DNA of 64,000 nucleotides. Source: a bacterium (lineage in GTDB: Bacteria; JADJOY01). The stretch lies in contig JAXLQJ010000001.1 in assembly GCA_046331705.1 (NCBI GenBank), forward strand, positions 124,001 to 188,000, read 5' to 3'. Positions 53,163 to 63,371 of this stretch are shown piece by piece. Within the stretch, counting starts at the first letter, position 1. The number at the start of each line of letters is the position of its first letter. The notes beneath the pieces are model-generated. The model was given only the letters and a program-made list of their open reading frames with translations, was not told the DNA's origin and did no database searches. Made by a program: the position numbers and the translations under genes.

Positions 53163-55849
53163 GGAGCCTGCGCAACGTCCGGATTCTGATCGTCGAGGAC
53201 GACGCGACCCAGGTGCTGCTGTTGCGCGAGTCGCTCTCCGAGGTGGTGGGCGAAGGCACCACGTTCGCCGAGGCCACGCGGCTCGCCGAGGCGCTGGCGC
53301 TCGTCGAGCGCGAGCGGATCGACGTCGCCCTTCTGGACCTCGGTCTTCCCGACTCGACCGGGCTCGCGTCGCTGACGGCGCTCAAACGTCGCGTCCCCGA
53401 GCTGCCGGTCGTGGTGCTCACCGGCATCGCCGACGATGCCTTCGGTCTCGCGGCGCTGAAGGCTGGGGCGCAGGACTATCTGATCAAGGGTTCCGTCGAG
53501 CCGCTCGTGCTCGCGCGCTCGCTGCGCTACGCGATCGAGCGCGCCAAGATCGAGAACGAGCTGGCTCGCGAGCGCCAGTTGTTACGCACCGTCGTCAACA
53601 CCATTCCCGACCTGATCTGGTTCAAGGACGCGAACGGCGTCTACTTGAGCGCGAATCCGATGTTCGAGCGTTTCGTCGGCAAGACGGAGGGCGAGCTTCT
53701 CGGCAAGACGGACTACGATCTCGTGGATGGGGAGCTGGCGGACTTCTTCCGCGCCATGGACCGCGTCGCCGTGCAGGCGGGCAAAGCCATCACCAACGAG
53801 GAGGAAGTGACGTTCGCCGACGACGGGCACCGGGCGGTGCTCGAGACCATCAAGACGCCGGTTCGAGATGCCCAGGGCCGGCTGCTCGGGGTGCTGGGAG
53901 TCGCTCGCGAGATCACCGAGCGGGTCCGGTTCACCGACGAGCTGCGCGAGTCGAGGACCCGCCTCCAGACGGCGCTCGAGGGCGGCGGGATCGGAACCTG
54001 GACGTACGACGTCACGACCGACCAATCGTGGTGGGACGACTCCGTGCTCAAGCTCTTCGGGCGTGAGCTGAGCGACGCCGACGGCGGCCGCCGGGCGAGC
54101 TTCATCGAGTGGATCGTGCCGGAGGATCAGCCGCGAATCGCGGCGGCGGCCGAGCGCTGCGTGCGCGAAGGGACCTCGTTCGCCGAAGAGTTCCGCTACC
54201 GGCGCCCCGACGGGACCGTGCTCTGGTTCAGCGGGCGTGGGCGGATGGAGTGCGACGCCAATGGCGCGCCTCGCCGCATGGTGGGCGCGATCGTGGACAT
54301 CACCGAGCGCAAGCGCGCCGACGAAGCGCTGCGTTCGAGCGAGGAGCGCTTTCGCGAGCTCGCCGACAACATCCGCGAGGTGTTCTGGCTCACCGACATC
54401 CGGAAATCGAGGATCATCTACGTGAGCCCCGCCTACGAGGCGATCTGGGGCCGGTCGCTCGAGTCTCTCTACGCCTCGCCCCGCGACTGGACCGACGCGA
54501 TCGTGCCGGAGGACCGCGATCGGATCTGGGAAGCGGCGATGAGCAAGCAAGCGCTCGGGACCTACGACGAGGAATATCGGATCCTGCGGCCCGACGGTGA
54601 GATTCGTTGGGTCCGCGACCGCGCGTTCCCCGTTCGCGACCCGCACGGCAACCTGATTCGCATCGCGGGCGTCGCCGAGGACATCACGGCGCGCCGGCAG
54701 CTCGAATCGCAGATCCGCGAGAGCCAGAAGATGGAGTCGATCGCCCTGCTCGCCGGCGGCGTGGCCCACGACTTCAACAACTTGCTCACCGTCATCGTCG
54801 GCAACAACGAGCTGCTGCAGATGGAGATGCCCGAGGGCAGCGAGGCGGCGGCGTACGCCGAGCAGATCCAGGAAGCCACGGCGCGTGCCGCGTCGCTGAC
54901 GCGTCAGCTCCTCGCCTTCAGCCGGCGCGAGGTCCTCGAGCCGCGCGTGCTCGACGTGAACCAGGTCGTGCACGACATGGAGCGGATGCTGGCGCGACTG
55001 CTCGGCGAGGACATCATCCTGACCACCGAGCTCGCCAGCGGGCTCGGTCCAGTCTTCGTCGATCCGGGGCACCTCGAGCAGGTGATCATGAACCTGGCGG
55101 TGAACGCCCGCGATGCGATGCCGAAAGGCGGAAGGCTGCTGCTCGCCACGCGCGGCGTGGTGGTCGAGGAGCACGCGCTCGCGGATCATCCAGGCGCCTC
55201 ACCGGGCAAGTACGTGCAGCTCCTGGTGCGCGACACCGGCGTCGGCATGTCGCCGGAGCAACGGCAACGCATCTTCGAGCCGTTCTTCACCACGAAGGCG
55301 CAGGGGCGCGGCACGGGGCTCGGCCTCGCCGTGGTGCACGGCATCGTGACCCAGAGCGGTGGGCACGTCGACGTCCACAGTGCCGTCGGCGAGGGCACGA
55401 CGTTCACGATCTGCCTGCCGGAGGCCACGGCGGCGAGCTCGCCCCGTGAGACGGCACCGCCCCCGGCTCACCCGCAAGGCTCGGAGACGATCCTCCTCGT
55501 CGAGGACGACGGCGCCGTGCGCACCACCGCGGCGCGGATCCTCGGACGCAACGGCTACGTCGTGGTGGTGGCCGCCAGCGCCGCCGAAGCGCTCGCCCAC
55601 ATCGAACGCGGCGAGCGCGTGTTCGACCTCATCATCACCGACGTGGTGATGCCGGAGATGGGCGGGGGCGAGCTCGCGCGCGAGCTCGAGCAGCGCTTGC
55701 CGGGCGCCAAGATCCTCTTCACCAGCGGATTCACCGACGACGCGGTGGTTCGCCACGGCGTGTATCAGGCCGAGGTCCCGTTCCTGCAGAAGCCGTATAC
55801 GTCGACGTCGTTGATCGCCAAGGTTCGCGAGGTGCTGGCGAACGTGTGA
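53159..55849 (+). CDS. Hybrid sensor kinase REC-PAS x3-HisKA-HATPase-REC (CckA-like)
   Basis: AGGVAHDFNNLL, FEPFFTTK and GTGLGL; N- and C-terminal receiver domains. Confidence 0.94.
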   Translation: MRSLRNVRILIVEDDATQVLLLRESLSEVVGEGTTFAEATRLAEALALVERERIDVALLDLGLPDSTGLASLTALKRRVPELPVVVLTGIADDAFGLAALKAGAQDYLIKGSVEPLVLARSLRYAIERAKIENELARERQLLRTVVNTIPDLIWFKDANGVYLSANPMFERFVGKTEGELLGKTDYDLVDGELADFFRAMDRVAVQAGKAITNEEEVTFADDGHRAVLETIKTPVRDAQGRLLGVLGVAREITERVRFTDELRESRTRLQTALEGGGIGTWTYDVTTDQSWWDDSVLKLFGRELSDADGGRRASFIEWIVPEDQPRIAAAAERCVREGTSFAEEFRYRRPDGTVLWFSGRGRMECDANGAPRRMVGAIVDITERKRADEALRSSEERFRELADNIREVFWLTDIRKSRIIYVSPAYEAIWGRSLESLYASPRDWTDAIVPEDRDRIWEAAMSKQALGTYDEEYRILRPDGEIRWVRDRAFPVRDPHGNLIRIAGVAEDITARRQLESQIRESQKMESIALLAGGVAHDFNNLLTVIVGNNELLQMEMPEGSEAAAYAEQIQEATARAASLTRQLLAFSRREVLEPRVLDVNQVVHDMERMLARLLGEDIILTTELASGLGPVFVDPGHLEQVIMNLAVNARDAMPKGGRLLLATRGVVVEEHALADHPGASPGKYVQLLVRDTGVGMSPEQRQRIFEPFFTTKAQGRGTGLGLAVVHGIVTQSGGHVDVHSAVGEGTTFTICLPEATAASSPRETAPPPAHPQGSETILLVEDDGAVRTTAARILGRNGYVVVVAASAAEALAHIERGERVFDLIITDVVMPEMGGGELARELEQRLPGAKILFTSGFTDDAVVRHGVYQAEVPFLQKPYTSTSLIAKVREVLANV

Positions 55850-55938
55850 GCCGGCGCCCCGCGCTGCCGCGCGTGCCGGTCGACACGCCCCGAACGGCTT
55901 CGTACCCTGTGGCCGCGGGCACGGAGATCGAAGCGGGC

Positions 55939-57954
55939 ATGAAGAGCGTCAGGACGTATTGCCGGATCTGCGAGGCCGCGTGCGGCCTGCTGGTCGAATG
56001 CGACGAGCGGGGCACGCCGCACCGCATCCGACCCGACAAGGACCATCCCACGAGCCGCGGCTTCGCGTGCGCCAAGGGCACGCGCTTTCTCGAGGTCGCG
56101 ACCCACCCGGAGCGGCTCCGCCATCCGCTGCTGCGCGCTCCCGACGGCCGCCTGAGCGCGGTCGCGTGGCCGGACGCGCTCGCGGCGGTCGGACGTTCGC
56201 TCCGACCCATCCTCGATCAGCACGGGCCCAACGCGATCGGCGTCTACTTCGGCAACCCGCTCGCGTTCAACGCCCTCGGCTCGTTCGCGCTGCTCGGATT
56301 CTTGCGCGCGCTCGACTCGCGCAACGTGTTCAGCGCCGGCAGCCAGGACTGCAACAACAAATTCGCCGCCGCGAAGGTGCTTCACGGCAGCCCGATGATC
56401 CATCCGATACCGGATCTCGCGAGCACGGAGCTGGCGGTGATGTTCGGCTCCAATCCGATGGTGAGCCAGGCGAGCTTCGTGCACCTCGAGGGCGGCTCGC
56501 TGGTCTTCGACGAGATCGTGGCTCGCGGCGGCGAGGTGATCTGGATCGACCCGCGACGCACCGAGAGCGCGGCGCGCTGCGGACGCCATCTGGCGATCCG
56601 ACCCGGCACGGACGTGTGGCTGATCCTGGCGCTGCTGCACGCGCTGGCGCAGCGCGCGCCCGCGAAGCGGCTCCTCGATTCGCGGGTGACCGGGCTGGAC
56701 GAGCTGCTCACCGCCGCGGCCGACGTGCCGATCGAGCGCGCCGCGGCGCGCACGGGCATCCCGGCGGACGCGATCGGCGCGCTGATCGAGCGCATCGCGG
56801 CGGCCAAGTCCACCGCTTTCCACCTCTCGGTGGGCGTGAATCAGAGCGGCTTCGGGACGCTCGCGTGCGCGGCGCTGCAGGCGCTCGCGTTCGTCACCGG
56901 GAACCTCGACCGCGCGGGGGGCTCGCTCTTCCATCCCGCCGGCGTGGCGATGGCCAAGGCCTATCGCGCAGCCGGACTCGATCGCGAGCTGTGGAGTCGC
57001 ATCGGCCGCTTCCCGAGCGTCATGGGAACGCTGCCGGGCGGGATCCTCGCCGACGAGATCCTCACCGCGGGACCCGAGCAGATCCGCGCGATGATCGTGA
57101 TCGCCGGCAATCCCGTGACCTCGATCCCCGGCGGCGAGCGCCTCGCGCAAGCGTTCAGACAGCTCGACTACCTGGTGTGCGTCGACCACTTCGAGAACGA
57201 CACCGGCCGCCTGGCGAACGTGCTGTTGCCCTCCGCGAGCTGGCTCGAGCGCTGGGACTTCGCGACCACCACGGTGCCGTTTCAGCGTACGCCCTTGGTG
57301 CAGGTCGCCGGTGCGGCGTTGCCGCCGCCCGGCGAGGCGCGCAACGACGCCGTGATCCTCTCGGACCTGGCGCTGTCGCTCGGCCTCACGCGGCGGCCCA
57401 GCTATGCCGCGCGCCTCGCCCAGAGCCGGTTCCTGCCGCGGCCGCGCTACGGCTTGCCCGGTCTCAAGCCGCGCCCGGGCAAGTACCTGGGGCGGGGGCC
57501 GCTCACGCCGGGACGCCAGGTGCGGTTCTGGGACCCGAGCTTCACGGACGATCTGGAGCGCTTGGAGCAGGCGAGCCCGCCGCTCGCCGACGACGAGTTC
57601 GTGCTGGTCTCCCGTCGCCGCCGCCTCGGCCACAACAGCTGGATCCACGGCGCCACCCGTGACGGCGACCCCGAGCGGGTCGCGTGGTTGGCTCCCGCCG
57701 ACCTCGCGGCGCTCGGGCTCGTCGACGGCGACGCGATCGCCCTCGAGACGGCGGCGGGCCGGCTCACGCTGGAAGCGCGCGCCCAAGACGGCCTCGCGAC
57801 ACGAACGGTGGTGGTGCCACACGGCATCCCCGGCGCCAACGTGAACGCGCTCATCCCGAGCGGTCCCGACGCCATCGAGTGGCTGAGCGGCCAGCACGTG
57901 ATGACGGCGATCGCCGTGCGTGTGACCGCCGCGAGCGCCGTCGCCGCGGCGTGA
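55939..57954 (+). CDS. Molybdopterin-dependent oxidoreductase (4Fe-4S N-terminus, no Tat signal)
   Basis: CRICEAACG...CAKG cluster motif, GSNP, IRPGTD, GNLDRAGG and a C-terminal molybdopterin dinucleotide-binding domain. Confidence 0.9.
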   Translation: MKSVRTYCRICEAACGLLVECDERGTPHRIRPDKDHPTSRGFACAKGTRFLEVATHPERLRHPLLRAPDGRLSAVAWPDALAAVGRSLRPILDQHGPNAIGVYFGNPLAFNALGSFALLGFLRALDSRNVFSAGSQDCNNKFAAAKVLHGSPMIHPIPDLASTELAVMFGSNPMVSQASFVHLEGGSLVFDEIVARGGEVIWIDPRRTESAARCGRHLAIRPGTDVWLILALLHALAQRAPAKRLLDSRVTGLDELLTAAADVPIERAAARTGIPADAIGALIERIAAAKSTAFHLSVGVNQSGFGTLACAALQALAFVTGNLDRAGGSLFHPAGVAMAKAYRAAGLDRELWSRIGRFPSVMGTLPGGILADEILTAGPEQIRAMIVIAGNPVTSIPGGERLAQAFRQLDYLVCVDHFENDTGRLANVLLPSASWLERWDFATTTVPFQRTPLVQVAGAALPPPGEARNDAVILSDLALSLGLTRRPSYAARLAQSRFLPRPRYGLPGLKPRPGKYLGRGPLTPGRQVRFWDPSFTDDLERLEQASPPLADDEFVLVSRRRRLGHNSWIHGATRDGDPERVAWLAPADLAALGLVDGDAIALETAAGRLTLEARAQDGLATRTVVVPHGIPGANVNALIPSGPDAIEWLSGQHVMTAIAVRVTAASAVAAA

Positions 57955-57991
57955 GCCGCTCCTCGCCGCCGGCGCCCGCTCCTCACCGCCC

Positions 57992-59854
57992 ATGACTTCC
58001 CCGGCGGGCGGCGTGTCCATGGGCAGCCCGCGGTCCGACCGGATCGCCGCGCGCGGCGCGCCCTCGCCAGCATTCGCTCGGCTCGATCGTCTCGCGCCGT
58101 GGGCGATGGCGGCGGCGGTGCTCGCGTCTCGGCTGCCGTATCTCGCGCGGGCTCACGTCGAGGTGGACGAGTACCAGTTCGGCGCGGCGCTCGACGATTT
58201 CGACGTGCTGGCGGATCGTCCTCACCCGCCGGGCTACCCGCTCTTCGTGATGCTCGGACGGCTCTTCCGGCTGGTCCTTCACGACCCGGTGCTCTCGCTC
58301 ACCGTGCCGAGCGCGCTCGCGTGCCTGCTCGCGGTGCTGGTGCTGGCACGCTTGGCGCGTCGCTTCGTGGGTGACGGTCGGCAATGGCTTCCCGCGCTCC
58401 TCTTCGCCGCGAACCCGGTGGTGTGGATCACGTCGCTGCGCGCGCTCTCCGAGCTGCCGGGCGTCGCCGCGACGCTCTTGTCGCTCGAGCTCTTCCTCGC
58501 GGGCGACGAGCGCCGCTCGCGCGCGCGGCTGGTGGCGGGAGCGTTCGCCGGCGCGGCAGCCGTGGGCATTCGCTCCGCGTCGTGCTTCCTGGTTCTGCCG
58601 GCGCTGGCACTGGTGACGCTGCCGCGCTTGGGGCGGCGCGAGTGGCGCGACGCGCTGTCGATCCTGGTGGCGTTCACCCTCGGCAACCTCGCGTGGCTGG
58701 TGCCGTTGGCGATCGACACGGGCGGATTGCGGCCGTTGCTCACCGCCATGCACGCGCTCGGCGCTTCGATCTACGAGCACGATCGCGTGGTGATGGCCGA
58801 GCCCTCGCTCGGAAAGCTCGCGAGCGCCCTGCACGACGTGTGGATCGCGCCGTGGGGTGTGGGCGCGCTCGGTTGGGTGGTGAGCGCGCTCGCGGCCGCG
58901 GGATGGATCGCGCTGGCGCTGCGCGACCTGCGCGCGGCGCTGGTCTTGGCGTGGCTCTTCCTGCCCTACGCCTTCGTCGACACGCTCAACCTCTCGACCA
59001 CGCGCTTTCGCTACCACGTCTATCTGGTGCCGCTCGTGGGCATCGCCGTCGCGGCGCTGCCGGAGGCGATCCGCCATCCCGTCGTGCGGCCGCTGGCGCG
59101 GATCGCGCTGCTTCCCCTGGTGATGGTCGCGGGTGTGTGGGGGTATCCGCGGGCGCGGCTGCTGCACGAGCGCCCGACCCCGCTCGCCGAGGCCGTGCAC
59201 TGGCTCGCGCCGCGGATCGATCCCAAGCGGGTCGTCGTCCACCGCGACGACGATTTCCGCATCCCGCTGCGCTACCTGGCACCCGCGTGGAAGACCCGCA
59301 GCCTGGAAAGCGGGACGAAACCCGCCGCGGGGAGGCGGAACGTGGTGCTCAGCGCCCGGCGCGACATCGTGGCCGAGCCGCTCGCGTCGTTCGCGATGGA
59401 GCGCGGCTTGGCGCGGCTCGTCACCATCGATCCACCCACGGTCTACGTTTCGGAGCCCGAGGTGTTCCTGGGCTCCGGCTGGTTCCCGCTCGAGGAAGCC
59501 GGCGATCGCCGCTGGCGCTGGATGGGCGACCACGCGTCCCTCGACGTGCTCGGCGGCGGTGATCCCGCGGGCACGCCGCGGGATCTGGTGCTGACCGCCG
59601 CGTCACCGCTCGCCGACCAACGGCTCGACATCACCGCCTGCGGCTCGCCGGTGGCGTCGATCCCCGTCGCCGAAAGCGCTCAACGCTTCCGGGTTCCACT
59701 GCCGAGGGCATGCGGATCCGCGCCCGTCGCCGCGATCGAGCTGCTGGCGAGCCGCTCGTTCGTGCCCGCGGAGCGAGATCCCGCCAGCAACGACCGCCGC
59801 CGCTTGGCGTTGCAGATCCAGCGCCTGGGAGTCGAGCCGCCGCCGAACGGGTGA
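57992..59854 (+). CDS. GT-C fold (DUF2723/PMT-like) membrane glycosyltransferase-like protein
   Basis: VDE, PHPPGYP, multiple TMs and a C-terminal periplasmic GWFPLE..WRW..DRRRLAL domain. Confidence 0.75.
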   Translation: MTSPAGGVSMGSPRSDRIAARGAPSPAFARLDRLAPWAMAAAVLASRLPYLARAHVEVDEYQFGAALDDFDVLADRPHPPGYPLFVMLGRLFRLVLHDPVLSLTVPSALACLLAVLVLARLARRFVGDGRQWLPALLFAANPVVWITSLRALSELPGVAATLLSLELFLAGDERRSRARLVAGAFAGAAAVGIRSASCFLVLPALALVTLPRLGRREWRDALSILVAFTLGNLAWLVPLAIDTGGLRPLLTAMHALGASIYEHDRVVMAEPSLGKLASALHDVWIAPWGVGALGWVVSALAAAGWIALALRDLRAALVLAWLFLPYAFVDTLNLSTTRFRYHVYLVPLVGIAVAALPEAIRHPVVRPLARIALLPLVMVAGVWGYPRARLLHERPTPLAEAVHWLAPRIDPKRVVVHRDDDFRIPLRYLAPAWKTRSLESGTKPAAGRRNVVLSARRDIVAEPLASFAMERGLARLVTIDPPTVYVSEPEVFLGSGWFPLEEAGDRRWRWMGDHASLDVLGGGDPAGTPRDLVLTAASPLADQRLDITACGSPVASIPVAESAQRFRVPLPRACGSAPVAAIELLASRSFVPAERDPASNDRRRLALQIQRLGVEPPPNG

Positions 59855-59932
59855 CGAAGACGGTTGCCGTGGCAGCCTGCTTCGGTAGTAGGATTTCAGC
59901 TCGGGCGGCGCGTTCACATGCCGGGGGGGGAC

Positions 59933-59966
59933 GAAACGCCGGCGGCCTTCGGGTCGCCGGCGTTTC
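59933..59966. terminator. 15-bp hairpin with cUUCGg tetraloop, likely intrinsic terminator
   Basis: GAAACGCCGGCGGCC-TTCG-GGTCGCCGGCGTTTC. Confidence 0.75.
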
Positions 59967-60082
59967 CATCTTCGGCAGGTGTCCCGGCGCGCCGCCGCCG
60001 ATGCGCGCACGATGCTGGATCGCGCGTTTTCCTCGCTCACGCTCACTCCCTGCTCGAACGGGTCGCGAGCGCCCGCGTCCGG

Positions 60083-60826
60083 TCAGACGACGGGATTCGA
60101 CGTGGTCGGTGACCCGACCGGCAGACGCAACGGGGTCAGGCGCGGACCCTGCTTGAAGAAGCCCGCCACGATGATGCCGAGATTGAACGGCGCGAACAGG
60201 ATCGTGCGTAGCCCCGGATTCACGAGGGTGCAGACCGTCAGCACGAGGAAGTAGCCGAACATGTAGTTGAGCGCCACCACCACGGGGCGCTCGAAGCGAT
60301 CGGTGTCGAGCTTCGCGACGAAGAACGCCTGCACGATGCCACCGCCCCAGTTCATGCCCTTCAGGAAGTGATAGAGGAGGCTGGGATTGACCTCCGGTGT
60401 CGGCCGGTAGGTCCACCAGCCGAGCGCTTCGCCGCCGCATTCCACGAGCACTCCCAGCAACGAGTACGTGAGCAGCGCGATCGAGCACATGCGCAGCGCA
60501 CCGCCTCCCGATCCGCCACGCCGGGCGCAGAATCTCTCCCCGGCCAGGAGGCCGACGTACGCGATCATCGCGCGCACCGCCGGCATCATGATCATGAACA
60601 GGCCGAAATCGCGGCCTTCGTGCAGCCACAGGTCGAGATGCGAGACCTGTGCGACCTCCGCCAAGGGCCGCTGCGCGTCGACCAGCCCGCGGATCACGGA
60701 AAACACGATCGCGCACAGGAAGAAGAGCAGCGTCGCCTCCCGCCCCCGCACGCGCAGGCTATGACGCGCGAGAGCCGCGCAAGCGAGGATCGGCAGCGCC
60801 ATGAATGCGATCGATCCCATCGCCAT
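60083..60826 (-). CDS. Hypothetical multi-TM membrane protein
   Basis: GAGGGAGG RBS and about 7 hydrophobic segments. Confidence 0.7.
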   Translation of the reverse strand: MAMGSIAFMALPILACAALARHSLRVRGREATLLFFLCAIVFSVIRGLVDAQRPLAEVAQVSHLDLWLHEGRDFGLFMIMMPAVRAMIAYVGLLAGERFCARRGGSGGGALRMCSIALLTYSLLGVLVECGGEALGWWTYRPTPEVNPSLLYHFLKGMNWGGGIVQAFFVAKLDTDRFERPVVVALNYMFGYFLVLTVCTLVNPGLRTILFAPFNLGIIVAGFFKQGPRLTPLRLPVGSPTTSNPVV

Positions 60827-60834
60827 CCCCTCCC

Positions 60835-61887
60835 TCACGCGTCGCGAGTCGTCGCGACCTGTGGTTGTGGTTCGCTGCGGGATGCGTCCTGACCGAGCCA
60901 GCGGCTCGCCACCAGCCCGAGCACGCTGCCCACGAGCGGCCACGGCGGCGGAAAGCCTTGCGCGCCGCTATCCCAGCCGATGATTCGGTCGGCCTCCAGC
61001 TGAAGTCTGCCGACGGCGGCGATCACACCGATCGAGGCGAGCGCCTCGCGAAACGTCAGCGCGCGCCGGTCGGCGAGGTGGCGCACACCGATCCAGATCA
61101 CCGCGAGCGAATACACCACCCCGGCCATCGACCGCGTCCCCACGATCCCGCGAAGCATCCCGATGTGGACCACCGAGGCGCACGCGCAAACCCCGAACGC
61201 CGCGTCCAGGATCGTGCGGTCCGTCCGGCCGCCGCGACCTGCCCGCGAGAAGGCGAGCCCGGTGCCCCAGGAGAGTGCGGCGACGATGAAACCGCCCAGG
61301 GCGATGTCGCCCGGCCGGATCACGCAGATGAACGGCACGATGGTTCCGAGCACCAGCGCCACGATGGAGCGCGCGGTGGTGCCGAATCGACTTGGCTCGG
61401 CGCGCGCCCGCGGGCGCGAGGTCATCCACAGCCACGACGAGGCGCCCAGCAGGATGACGCCGACGGCGCATCCCGCCACCGGCATGGCCCAGTCGAGCGC
61501 GAGCTCCGCGACGGCGGCCTGCTCCGGCAGCGCCGCGCGGTAGTAGATGCGCAGCTTCGAGCCCAGCTCGTAGGAAGAGGGCGGCTCGGTGCCGTGGACC
61601 GAGCGCGAGCGGCGCACGTTGCCTGCCCGATCCGTGTACTCGATGACGGGCCGGTAGACCTCGCCTCGGGCGGGATCGACGAACGACGGTGTCGTGTCCA
61701 CGACCCGCGCTTCCACGGCGACCCACTCGCGCAGGAGGCGGATGTTGTTCGCGACGACCAAACCGCTCGAGTAGCACGTCGCCAGACCGAGCACCGCGGC
61801 GCCGGCGCAGAGCCACGCGCGCTTCGGCTTCCGGAGGGTCTGGCCCGTCTCGAACGGGACGGCTGGGTCGAGGCTGAATCGCCGCAA
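60835..61887 (-). CDS. DUF3592-like domain membrane protein (start uncertain)
   Basis: W..VEARVV...YRPVIEY...YELG..LRIYY...P pattern followed by additional TMs. Confidence 0.65.
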   Translation of the reverse strand: MRRFSLDPAVPFETGQTLRKPKRAWLCAGAAVLGLATCYSSGLVVANNIRLLREWVAVEARVVDTTPSFVDPARGEVYRPVIEYTDRAGNVRRSRSVHGTEPPSSYELGSKLRIYYRAALPEQAAVAELALDWAMPVAGCAVGVILLGASSWLWMTSRPRARAEPSRFGTTARSIVALVLGTIVPFICVIRPGDIALGGFIVAALSWGTGLAFSRAGRGGRTDRTILDAAFGVCACASVVHIGMLRGIVGTRSMAGVVYSLAVIWIGVRHLADRRALTFREALASIGVIAAVGRLQLEADRIIGWDSGAQGFPPPWPLVGSVLGLVASRWLGQDASRSEPQPQVATTRDA

Positions 61888-62067
61888 GGCACGCTGCGAG
61901 GAACGAGAACGCTTCGGGGGGCCTACGACGGTGACAGCAGCGCCGTTCGGTAGTGGTGGTTCTACCGCAGCTCTCCCCGGAAACGCAGCCCATGGGATCG
62001 CCGTGATTCGATGTCACGCGGGGACGGCGCTCGGTTGCGCGAGCGGCGAGGTCGTGCGGACGGGCCC

Positions 62068-63156
62068 TCAGCAGGGCGGCGCGCCCGTCTGGGCGCTCCA
62101 CCGGCACAAGTCGGGTGCCTCGAACGATTCGCGGAAGAGGCAGCTCGAGACCACGTGGCTCTCGCTGCAGTGCACCGCGCGATCCGAGGCGAGGCCCGCC
62201 GGGAACGAGAGGTTGGGATTCGTCCCAGCGAGCTCGCGAACGGGCGCCACGTCGCCGGTGTCGTCCTGGCCGAACCCGAGAACCGAGTCGAGTGAGGGTC
62301 CGTTCGTACCGTTGTCGCTCACCAGCATCTCGCCGCTCGCCGTGACGACTAGCCCGACGGGGAACTCGAGGCTCGTGGTCGGCCCGGCGATCATGCGCAG
62401 GCGAGGGTCGTTCCCGCTCGCGGTGCGCGCATACGTGGAGATCGACGGCGCCACGTCCACGACGATGAGCTCGTCGCGATCCAGGTCCACGAACGTCTGG
62501 CGCGGGTTGGCGGGCGCGAACGTGCCGTTGAGCGAGCGCTTGGGGGTGGCGTCGCCGGACGCGGTACGGTCGAAGACCGAAACCTCTTTGGGGCTGCCGA
62601 AGGCATCGCTCACGTAGACCTCGTCGTGAACGAGGTCGATCAGCAAGCTGACGGGGCCCGAGAGCCCCGTCGAGGCGCCGGTGATGGAGCGTTTGGGAGC
62701 GCTGTCGCCGCTCGCCCCGCGGTCGTACACGAGCACCTTGCCGTTGCTCGGGCTGGCCACCCAGAGCTCGTCGTTCTCGAGATCGAGCGCCAGCCCGCCC
62801 AGGAAGGTCGCGAGCTCGGTGGTCGCTCCCGCGAGCGTGCGGATCGGCGCGACGTTGCCGCTCGCGTCCATGGCGAAGACCAAGACGCTCCCGTTGCCGT
62901 TGGAGACGTAGATCTCGCGCCTGCCGAGATCGACCACGAGCCCGCTCGGGGCGAAGAGCGTGGTTGCGGCGCCCTCGATCGAGCGCAGCGGAGCCACGTC
63001 GCCCACGGCGCCGTCGGCGAAGACTCGGACGGCGGTCGAGGTGAGGACGAACATCTCGGAGCGAGCCGTCGCTGCCCAACCCACGAGCGCCACGAGCGCG
63101 ATGCTCGGCAACCAGCGGGGGATCAAACGGGGATGCCGAGCGGGCGAAGGTCGCAT
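62068..63156 (-). CDS. Secreted beta-propeller (NHL-like) repeat protein
   Basis: Signal peptide; about 6 repeats ASG..AP.R.I.G..T.L..P.GL.VD...E.YV. Confidence 0.85.
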   Translation of the reverse strand: MRPSPARHPRLIPRWLPSIALVALVGWAATARSEMFVLTSTAVRVFADGAVGDVAPLRSIEGAATTLFAPSGLVVDLGRREIYVSNGNGSVLVFAMDASGNVAPIRTLAGATTELATFLGGLALDLENDELWVASPSNGKVLVYDRGASGDSAPKRSITGASTGLSGPVSLLIDLVHDEVYVSDAFGSPKEVSVFDRTASGDATPKRSLNGTFAPANPRQTFVDLDRDELIVVDVAPSISTYARTASGNDPRLRMIAGPTTSLEFPVGLVVTASGEMLVSDNGTNGPSLDSVLGFGQDDTGDVAPVRELAGTNPNLSFPAGLASDRAVHCSESHVVSSCLFRESFEAPDLCRWSAQTGAPPC

Positions 63157-63371
63157 GGATTCCTCTTGCTCGCGGTCCGCGCAGCGCGCGCTGTTCCAGC
63201 GAGCACGTTCATCATGCGTGGGTGGTCCCTCCCTGTCCAGGATCGCGCGAGATCGGCCGGGTTACGGTGGCGACCATCTCGGCGCCGGAAGCTCGACTCG
63301 CTCGAGCTCGGGCCGAGCGCTGTCGCGATCGGCCGCGGCCGGATCGGCCACACGGCCCGCGCGGCCTGGGC

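Noticed and set aside
60083-60826. CruF-like carotenoid hydratase call
   Set aside because: Only a vague resemblance (E..G...GWW.Y) and no carotenoid genes nearby.
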